IMG/VR virus record: IMGVR_UViG_3300020042_011085
Location: 1-30,949 of that record
DNA from: a virus
Taxonomy: Duplodnaviria; Caudoviricetes
DNA: 30,949 bases
Direction: 5' to 3' (one strand)
This document shows positions 8,846 to 15,431 of this stretch, one piece after another. A program made the position numbers and the translations under genes. The notes below the pieces were generated by a model. It was given only the letters and a program-made list of their open reading frames with translations, did not search any database and had not been told where the DNA came from. How positions within the stretch are numbered: position 1 is the first letter of the stretch; each line of letters starts with the position of its first letter.

Positions 8846-9175
8846 TTATCTCGTGACGTTTGGATTAACTGTAACTGTTCCTTCAAAAACTCGAGAAATG
8901 GTGCCCGAAGAATCGGTGAGTTCTACATCATAAAGATAGCGACCAGCAGTAACATTGCCTGTTGTATTGGCCGAAAGAGATAGTGTAATAGTACCGTTGG
9001 CACCACCAAGCTGTACTACAAACGCAGTTGCAGTAGAGGATGTGTAGTGCTTGCGCATTTGGGCGGTACCCGTATAACTCGATAAGTCAATGAAGTTACC
9101 ATCAGGATCGGTGAGGGTAACAGTACTATTCCAGGTAGCGCCTTGATCGATAACTAAATTTGCTTTTGTTGCCAT
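8846..9175 (-). CDS. Conserved beta-sandwich structural protein, probable fibre adaptor/collar (BppU/LtfC-like)
   Basis: NLVIDQGAT...IDLSSYTGTAQMRKHY...GTITLSLSA..T....GRYLYDVEL...RVFEGTVTVNPNVTR is a pattern I recognise from T4-like aquatic phages. A perfect late promoter lies immediately upstream. Confidence 0.75.
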   Translation of the reverse strand: MATKANLVIDQGATWNSTVTLTDPDGNFIDLSSYTGTAQMRKHYTSSTATAFVVQLGGANGTITLSLSANTTGNVTAGRYLYDVELTDSSGTISRVFEGTVTVNPNVTR

Positions 9176-9199
9176 CTAATTTCCAAGGTTATATAGTCT

Positions 9200-9207
9200 T
9201 ATTTATA
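9200..9207 (-). promoter_or_regulatory. T4-type late promoter TATAAATA
   Basis: Plus-strand tatttata at 9200-9207 is an exact match to the gp55-dependent late consensus. It is intergenic and 24 nt upstream of the ATG at 9175. Confidence 0.8.
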
Positions 9208-9217
9208 TTATCTGAGA

Positions 9218-11194
9218 CTAATTGATATCGCCTTTGTAGCGTGAAGTCCAGATAGTAAGGCTATATTTGGTGCCAGATGTTAGTTTAAGTGATTCATGGC
9301 CATGGGTAACCTGGCCTGGCCACACAATAACTTCCCCCGCCTGCATACCAACATTGGAGAACTTCTGTCTGTTAAAGACTAATTCTCCACCTTCGTAGTC
9401 TTCATTTAACTTAATAGAACCAGATATTAAAGATGCATCATGATGGCACGGTAGACTATCCTGTGTATCTGTTGAATATTTTATGATAAACATATCTCTG
9501 ATACCATGTACACTTAGTGGGAACCAATGGTTTTCAGCCTGTGGGACAATCCACTTCATAAACTTATCAGATATCTCCATGAAAAGAGACGGATCAATAT
9601 CTTTGATTCTTGCCTCTTGTCCTGGGAACTTATCACCAGGCATTGTCTTCCATACACCTGCCTCTTCGGCTCTATTAATAAGATAGTTACAATCAGTCTT
9701 AGAAAGAAAGGAAAAGCCAAGTATTTCATCTCCTAATTTTTCTAAAGGTATAGAGGTATCAAACTCCAGTTGCTTAACAAACAGTGAACGGTAGGTGTTC
9801 TTAAGAAATGTCTTTTGAGCCTCGCCTCCGTTACCGTGTAAGATACATGGACACACATTAGTCTTATTATTGTATAACTGTTTATACTTCTGTTTGACCA
9901 TTACCTCAATATCTGCTTCAGCTCCAGCCACACACTGAAAAATATAACTTTCATAATCTAATTTAATATTAATTTTTTTCTTAAAATGATATTGATCAAT
10001 AAATTTATTCTGAAGATAAAATTGATCGTCAACTCCTGGATCGTCTTCTAATAATTCTTTAATTGCCCATGCATAACCAATATAAAGTCCGCTATTTAAA
10101 TATCTGTATGGTGTTGGTGATTCGGGAAAGTGATGGGCAATATTCTCATCTGGCCAACATGTTTTTTCAGCAGCAAACAAAACATCACAATTAAACGATC
10201 TAAATCTATTTACAATAGTGTTTAGATCATCATTTATAAACACATCATAACCGTCAAGGAAGAGAACTATACTTTCATCTTCAACTTCTTCTAGATACTT
10301 TTTAACTAATTTTAACTTTTGACCGCCTCCGGCACCGGTCATGTCCCCTCCTACCCACTCCACCCCTCGTCCAATATTGGATACATTAATTTTAAAATTA
10401 CTGGCCGACTCTTTGAGCATGTAAGACTTGCTCTCATCCGTAGCCACGGTAAGTGCGTGAAGGCTTGAATTTAATACTCTACCTGATTCTATATCTGACC
10501 CTAGAATTTCTCTAGATTCTTGTCTAAATGGTTTAATATCTTCATATGCAATAGCCTTGAAAAACCCAATACCGGAGTAATATGATTGAGCCTGAACTAA
10601 TACTGACTTTATATCTGGATTAGTTGTTAAAGTATGCTTTGTATGATCTACTCCAAGCATTATAGGAATAAACTCATCTACCGGGATTAGGAGCTCTTTA
10701 AATCTAGATTCAAGTAATTTTAATGCGCCACCGGGGCTTATAATATATGATGAACAGAGATAAGGATAATGTGGAATAGAGAGATCGGAGAGAATGACTT
10801 TTTTATGTTCCATCATCTCTCTATGGTCCAGGTATACCATATCAAAACTTCTTAATAATCCATTTGCGTGATCTAAACTAAAATTACTACCAGGATTAAA
10901 AACAACATCATCTTCAAGAATTAAAATAGGCTCGTTCAGTTCTACACATTTCTTCCACAAGTAGTAGTGAGAAATAGCACATGCTATCTCATTCATGGTC
11001 ATACGTCTGTTTAAGAGTGGATCCACCCACTCCTTACAAATATCAAACCCCATACTCCTAACCTGGCCGTAGGTCAGTTTATAGCCGTTTACTGCAGGAA
11101 ACCTTTCCCACTCAAATTCATGTTCATCAAGTTGGGTGGTTAGTTTATCTAACCTATCCTTACGCTGCTCTAAATTTAAAATAAATATTTTCAT
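9218..11194 (-). CDS. Three-domain collagen-modifying-like enzyme: GT25 (COLGALT-like) + PLOD/LH3-type glycosyltransferase + 2OG-Fe(II) lysyl hydroxylase-like dioxygenase
   Basis: aa ~1-237: ILNLEQRKDR, FPAVNG, EIACAISHYYLW, LILEDD, YIISPGGALKLL, IPVDEFIPIM (GT25). aa ~243-465: TVAT, WVGGD, GGGQK, FLDGYDV, FAAEKTCWP, YLNSGLYIG, DDQ, IFQ, LHGNG (PLOD GT domain). aa ~490-658: FIIKY...SLPCHHDAS, DYEGG, PGQVTH, GTKY (HxD...H facial triad). Confidence 0.9.
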   Translation of the reverse strand: MKIFILNLEQRKDRLDKLTTQLDEHEFEWERFPAVNGYKLTYGQVRSMGFDICKEWVDPLLNRRMTMNEIACAISHYYLWKKCVELNEPILILEDDVVFNPGSNFSLDHANGLLRSFDMVYLDHREMMEHKKVILSDLSIPHYPYLCSSYIISPGGALKLLESRFKELLIPVDEFIPIMLGVDHTKHTLTTNPDIKSVLVQAQSYYSGIGFFKAIAYEDIKPFRQESREILGSDIESGRVLNSSLHALTVATDESKSYMLKESASNFKINVSNIGRGVEWVGGDMTGAGGGQKLKLVKKYLEEVEDESIVLFLDGYDVFINDDLNTIVNRFRSFNCDVLFAAEKTCWPDENIAHHFPESPTPYRYLNSGLYIGYAWAIKELLEDDPGVDDQFYLQNKFIDQYHFKKKINIKLDYESYIFQCVAGAEADIEVMVKQKYKQLYNNKTNVCPCILHGNGGEAQKTFLKNTYRSLFVKQLEFDTSIPLEKLGDEILGFSFLSKTDCNYLINRAEEAGVWKTMPGDKFPGQEARIKDIDPSLFMEISDKFMKWIVPQAENHWFPLSVHGIRDMFIIKYSTDTQDSLPCHHDASLISGSIKLNEDYEGGELVFNRQKFSNVGMQAGEVIVWPGQVTHGHESLKLTSGTKYSLTIWTSRYKGDIN

Positions 11195-11529
11195 GTTAAC
11201 GTCTCACCAGTAGTTTGTTTACTATCAATCCAATCTTCAAACAATCTATCCACATATTTAATACTCTCCGGTAACCCCCCTGCCTCACTTTCCCTTATCC
11301 CTCTATGGTATAGGGTAATACTGGGAAATATAGGTGGGGCAAATAGCGGTAGTTCATCTAATTCTAATATAAGAAAAGAAATAGATGGGTATTTCGGTTC
11401 TAATTGTTCAATATAGTTTAAGAAAATAGCACAATTATTGCAGTCTTTATTTGATATAATAATAGCAAAAAATGACTTATCATCATTTAAAACCATATTG
11501 CTAATTTCATTGTAATTCAAATTCTTCAT
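11191..11529 (-). CDS. Thioredoxin-fold protein with CxxC (CNNC)
   Basis: IIISNKDCNNC...IEQLEPKYPSISFLILE...PLFAPPIFPSITLYHRG shows a strand, CxxC, helix and cis-Pro strand pattern. Its stop overlaps the start of the enzyme gene (ATGA). Confidence 0.7.
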   Translation of the reverse strand: MKNLNYNEISNMVLNDDKSFFAIIISNKDCNNCAIFLNYIEQLEPKYPSISFLILELDELPLFAPPIFPSITLYHRGIRESEAGGLPESIKYVDRLFEDWIDSKQTTGETLT

Positions 11530-11549
11530 AATTTATCCAAAAATAATAA

Positions 11550-13082
11550 TTAAGCCATCAATAACTGATTTGTCCAAAGTGGCACACAATATCTTACGGT
11601 AGCTGCTAAAACGTAGCCCTCCGAGCATCCCCACCCCCAATATATTCGTGCACCCCACCCTGTTGTAGTAGTAGCGTTATCATATTCATATGGGGCGTTA
11701 TTTCTAAACCCAAAAGAGTTGCCTGATGCATTACTCTTAATTCTCCAATTACCTACATTACCGACATAGTTATTAGGATCTACCATTGCCTGTACATGCC
11801 CAGCCGCTGTACCAGATGCCAATAGCCATCCACCGGCTTGAAATGTGGGGTACTGATAGGCCTGCGGGGTATTAACGTTAGTCATGTCCGTCCATCCAGC
11901 AGGGCATGCATCAGCAGAAGCATATGCCGGTACGCTACCACCGCTAACACAAGGGCTGAGCCCGTTAATCGTACCTAACCCAGCAGTCGTTCTGTATATT
12001 TGCTCGCCTACATTCTTAATACGAATAAACTCATCATTGCCTACAGTAAATGTACATGCGCCCTTTCCAGCCATACTGTAAACTCCGGGTAATACCTCCT
12101 GCCCACCGGAATGATTGGCGCCACTAAATCCAGCTCCAGTAGCTAAAGAGGTTCCTGTGCTTGATGAAGCCCATCGAGTTCTATGCACAGGCATATTTTT
12201 TACATGAATATCAATGATACCAGGGTTTTCTTCATAGAAATACATTTCCCACTCTATAAGGTTATCATTAGATGCGCTTATAGTTTCTTCAGCATACCCT
12301 GTATTCCCAGTACCTCTAAAATAAACTATAAAAATACCAGAAAACGAACCGGTGCGACCTTGACCGGATTCCTGTCGATACTTAACCAGATTACTTGAAT
12401 TGTCTCCAGACCCTATACATATTTTAGGTAGGTTGGGGGTAGCAAAGCTTATACCAGCAAATGAAGTTGAACCTTGACCAAACGTAACATAGCTATTAGT
12501 ACCTACATGTATGGAGGTGTAATGGTTTGGACCAAAAGCAATGGCCCATGGTAAGTTTATTGTATAATATCCATCATCTGTACCTCCAGATGTTCTGGTG
12601 GCTGTAGTAAAGTACTGTGCGTTGGTGGCGGTGTTGTGAAATAGCTCTGTAGGGACGTATGGTGCAGTACTGCCATTGGGAGGTACTAATTTACGGGCGG
12701 TCAGCCTGACCCCTGGAAATTTTGTACTAGTGGCTGCGGTAATTTGAGGGTATACAGGATCTTCGGCTGTAGGCCCTCTCCTATATTCTACACCGTCTTG
12801 ACTTATAAGCTTAGAGCTATTAAATACCGATGTTCTTTCTGCAGCAGATCTTAATGGTATAAAGATAGGATTAGCTGTTGCGCTAGATAAACCTTTAAGC
12901 TGAACAAATCTATCATCCCTGACGTCAGTGCTCGTACCGAGATCGAATACTGGACTTTCCTCATTTGCATACAAAGATAAACTAAGACCTTGTAAGGTCA
13001 GGCCATCACCAGCATAATAGTTTCGAAAGGCTGGAAAGGTATCACTTGAATTTAAATCGCTATTTTGGAAAGCAAAGGTCAT
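11550..13082 (-). CDS. Hypothetical 510-aa G/T/S-rich protein, candidate fibre-tip adhesin
   Basis: Long ORF with an RBS (AGGGAG) and a TAATG overlap with the upstream gene. Contains DDGYYTINLPWAIAFGPNHYTSIHVGTNSYVTFG (resembles the NIDO-type N-terminal motif), six Cys and a Trp/Gly-rich C-terminus. Function is inferred from position only. Confidence 0.6.
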   Translation of the reverse strand: MTFAFQNSDLNSSDTFPAFRNYYAGDGLTLQGLSLSLYANEESPVFDLGTSTDVRDDRFVQLKGLSSATANPIFIPLRSAAERTSVFNSSKLISQDGVEYRRGPTAEDPVYPQITAATSTKFPGVRLTARKLVPPNGSTAPYVPTELFHNTATNAQYFTTATRTSGGTDDGYYTINLPWAIAFGPNHYTSIHVGTNSYVTFGQGSTSFAGISFATPNLPKICIGSGDNSSNLVKYRQESGQGRTGSFSGIFIVYFRGTGNTGYAEETISASNDNLIEWEMYFYEENPGIIDIHVKNMPVHRTRWASSSTGTSLATGAGFSGANHSGGQEVLPGVYSMAGKGACTFTVGNDEFIRIKNVGEQIYRTTAGLGTINGLSPCVSGGSVPAYASADACPAGWTDMTNVNTPQAYQYPTFQAGGWLLASGTAAGHVQAMVDPNNYVGNVGNWRIKSNASGNSFGFRNNAPYEYDNATTTTGWGARIYWGWGCSEGYVLAATVRYCVPLWTNQLLMA

Positions 13083-13462
13083 TATTGATTAACTCCCTCT
13101 TTATCACCTACCTTACCTATTAAAATAGGACTTGAAGACATATTAGCTGTATTAACATTAGAATTAAGGGTTAATAGTAATGAACTAACCTCCACCCCTA
13201 CTGCTACTGCAAACTCACTTGTCTTAATACCGCTTTTAAAAATTGTAACAGCCGGTAGGTGCTGGATAGCAAATATAGGAGGTGTACTACCTACATCGAC
13301 TTTATAAAGTGTAGCATTATTAATAATAGCATCTTCTAAGCTGCCAATCAACTGAACTTGTGCTTCATCGGTAGCACAGTAAGTAAACACTATATCAATT
13401 TTATCAGTGTTTTTACTGTTATTAATAGTAGTATTAAGTTGAGTTACACTTTGTGTTTTCAT
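13082..13462 (-). CDS. Thioredoxin-fold-like protein lacking CxxC (single Cys)
   Basis: LYKVDV....PIFAIQHLPAVTIFKSG matches the C-terminal half of thioredoxins (KVDVD...F.I...PT...FK.G). ATGA overlap with the collagen fibre stop. Confidence 0.55.
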   Translation of the reverse strand: MKTQSVTQLNTTINNSKNTDKIDIVFTYCATDEAQVQLIGSLEDAIINNATLYKVDVGSTPPIFAIQHLPAVTIFKSGIKTSEFAVAVGVEVSSLLLTLNSNVNTANMSSSPILIGKVGDKEGVNQ

Positions 13463-15393
13463 CCTATAACCTCTAATTTTTTAGTTAGCACATCAACCTG
13501 TGCGCTTAACTCCTGAACAGCCTTTGTAAGGTGGGCAATAATTACGTTATATTTAATTGCAATATCATCACCTTCATTTGATACCGCCCTTGGCATCCAT
13601 TCTAATACCTCTTGTGCAATAAATCCAGTATCCGATGTTCCGTCTTTCTTCCATTTAAACTCTACAGGGTTAAGTTTATTGATTAGTTCTAGACTATTCT
13701 CAACCCCGGCAATATCATACTTAAGGTGTTTATTAGATGTATAATAAAAGGCATAAGAATATATGTACAAGCAATCTATTCTACCAGTCGTTGCGCTTGC
13801 GCCCTGGCCTACACCTAATGAGTTTACTTGGGCGTTAGAGGCTGTAGTAAATCCCCCCTGCTCGCCTTTATCACCTTTAACAGATGCACCATCCCCACCT
13901 TTGGTTCCCCCCTCGCCTTTTTGACCTTTAATACCAGTTATAGCAAATGTAGTAGCATCTGAATTAGTAAATGTAAGGGAGTTTGCCCCGTCATTGTAAG
14001 AGGCTGAACTAACTCTCTCGCCTTTTTGACCTACTTCACCTTTTTGCCCTTTTTCGCCCTTGTCACCTTTATCGCCTTTTTCGCCCTTGTCACCTTTATC
14101 ACCTTTTTCACCTTTTTGACCCTTAAGTCCTACTACAGTAAAGGTAGATGAATCTGAATTGGTAAAGGTAGTGGTATTGGTACCATCAGTAAATGCTGCA
14201 CTACTTACGCGTTCACCCTTATCGCCTTTATCGCCTTTATCGCCTTTATCACCTTTTTGGCCTTTTAGTCCGGTAACGGTGAAGGTAGATGAGTCGGAGT
14301 TTGTGAATGTGGTAGTATTTGTAGCATCAGTAAACGATGCGCTACTAACTCTTTCGCCTTTTTGACCTTTGAGTCCAGAAATAGTGAAAGTAGAACTGTC
14401 AGAGTTTGTAAATGTTGTAGTAGTTGCGCCATCGTATGATGCGTTACTGACTCTCTCACCCTTCTCACCCTTCTGTCCTTTAAGCCCGGTAATAGAGAAG
14501 GTAGACGAGTCGGAGTTTGTAAATAAGGTGGTATTAGTAGCATCTGTAAATGCCGCACTATTAATTCTCTCGCCCTTTTGGCCTTTAAGCCCGGTAATTG
14601 TGAAGGTAGATGAGTCAGAGTTAGTAAATGTTGTAGTAGTTGCGCCATCGTATGATGCGCTACTAACTCTTTCGCCTTTCTGGCCCTTCTCCCCGGTACG
14701 GGAGAATGAAATAAAGATAATATCATCGTTATCAAACAATGTAGAGCCAGATACGTGGACGACAGTGATTTGTCTATAGCCGGTCTGTGGATCAACCCCA
14801 GTGATAGAATAAACTAAGAACCTACCAACGTTCTTAGAACTTCTTAATAGTAAGTATCCTTTTGGTGCGGCACTGTTACTGTCATCTAATGCATCTAAAA
14901 ATGCAGATACGTTTGTAGTGCTAAACTCAGTCGCACTAATAGCAATCTGTGTTACTGATGAAGGTGTTGCGTTATTAAGTCTAAACTTACCGCCACTTGG
15001 GTCGGTGTCTGTTGCTGTTGTTGTGCTAAACTGATAGGTTATATCGGCATACGTGCGCAATGGGAAGAATAGAGTACCATTATTGGTAAATCTCCACTGG
15101 TCGAGTGTTTCATCCCATCTGATATTTACGTCAGCTGATGAGCCTCTGTTTACTGTTAATTGGGCATCTAGGGAAGGTGCTCCAGCCACATCCTTTAAAA
15201 GAACAATTTCACTGGTACCTAGATCAACTGTTGTAGAAAAAGAAACAGAGTTAACAACTTGTAACGTGCCCTGGATAACAACGTTGTTGCTAAATGTAGC
15301 AACTCCAGTTACACCTAGTGTACTACCTACATTAGCCGTCTCATTAACGTCAAGACCGTACTTAACTCTGAAATTTTGCGTATTCGCTGCCAT
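13459..15393 (-). CDS. Collagen-like tail fibre with C-terminal intramolecular chaperone (peptidase S74-type)
   Basis: N-terminal NFRVKYGLDV and VNRGSSADVNIRWDE fibre motifs. Seven Gly-X-Y blocks separated by six ~26-aa repeats. C-terminus TSNKHLKYDI...LELINKLNPVEFKWK....GFIAQEV...IKYNVIIAHLTKAVQEL followed by a coiled coil. Confidence 0.9.
   Translation of the reverse strand: MAANTQNFRVKYGLDVNETANVGSTLGVTGVATFSNNVVIQGTLQVVNSVSFSTTVDLGTSEIVLLKDVAGAPSLDAQLTVNRGSSADVNIRWDETLDQWRFTNNGTLFFPLRTYADITYQFSTTTATDTDPSGGKFRLNNATPSSVTQIAISATEFSTTNVSAFLDALDDSNSAAPKGYLLLRSSKNVGRFLVYSITGVDPQTGYRQITVVHVSGSTLFDNDDIIFISFSRTGEKGQKGERVSSASYDGATTTTFTNSDSSTFTITGLKGQKGERINSAAFTDATNTTLFTNSDSSTFSITGLKGQKGEKGERVSNASYDGATTTTFTNSDSSTFTISGLKGQKGERVSSASFTDATNTTTFTNSDSSTFTVTGLKGQKGDKGDKGDKGDKGERVSSAAFTDGTNTTTFTNSDSSTFTVVGLKGQKGEKGDKGDKGEKGDKGDKGEKGQKGEVGQKGERVSSASYNDGANSLTFTNSDATTFAITGIKGQKGEGGTKGGDGASVKGDKGEQGGFTTASNAQVNSLGVGQGASATTGRIDCLYIYSYAFYYTSNKHLKYDIAGVENSLELINKLNPVEFKWKKDGTSDTGFIAQEVLEWMPRAVSNEGDDIAIKYNVIIAHLTKAVQELSAQVDVLTKKLEVIG
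13855..14694 (-). repeat. Gly-X-Lys collagen blocks alternating with six VSSA..D....T.FTNSDSSTF.IT repeats
   Basis: Seen directly in the translation. DNA-level tandem units include TTTATCGCC (~14218-14256) and a 27-bp unit present twice (14048-14101). Confidence 0.92.
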
Positions 15394-15431
15394 TAGCTTC
15401 CCTTTCCGCTAATAAGTTATTCTTATTATAG
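15392..15431 (-). promoter_or_regulatory. Structured 5' leader/RBS: TAATAAG-AATAA-CTTATTA hairpin overlapping an ATTAGC-[GGAAAGGGAA]-GCTAAT hairpin that includes the AT of the ATG
   Basis: Minus strand reads TAA CTA TAATAAG AATAA CTTATTA GC GGAAAGGGAA GCTA ATG. Confidence 0.55.

Noticed and set aside
9218-11194. Eukaryotic or giant-virus origin of the window, suggested by the PLOD/COLGALT similarity
   Set aside because: The gp6-gp7-gp8 synteny, T4 late promoter, Shine-Dalgarno sites, overlapping start/stop codons and lack of introns or signal peptides all indicate a T4-like bacteriophage.
9218-11550. Apparently higher AT content as evidence of recent horizontal acquisition
   Set aside because: Not quantified, and plausibly explained by the K/I/F/N/E-rich composition of enzymes compared with G/T/A-rich fibres. 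A GC3/codon-usage analysis would be needed.
13855-14694. Regularly spaced direct repeats as a possible CRISPR array
   Set aside because: The repeats are degenerate at third codon positions, stay in frame and encode protein repeats. There are no unique spacers and no cas genes.
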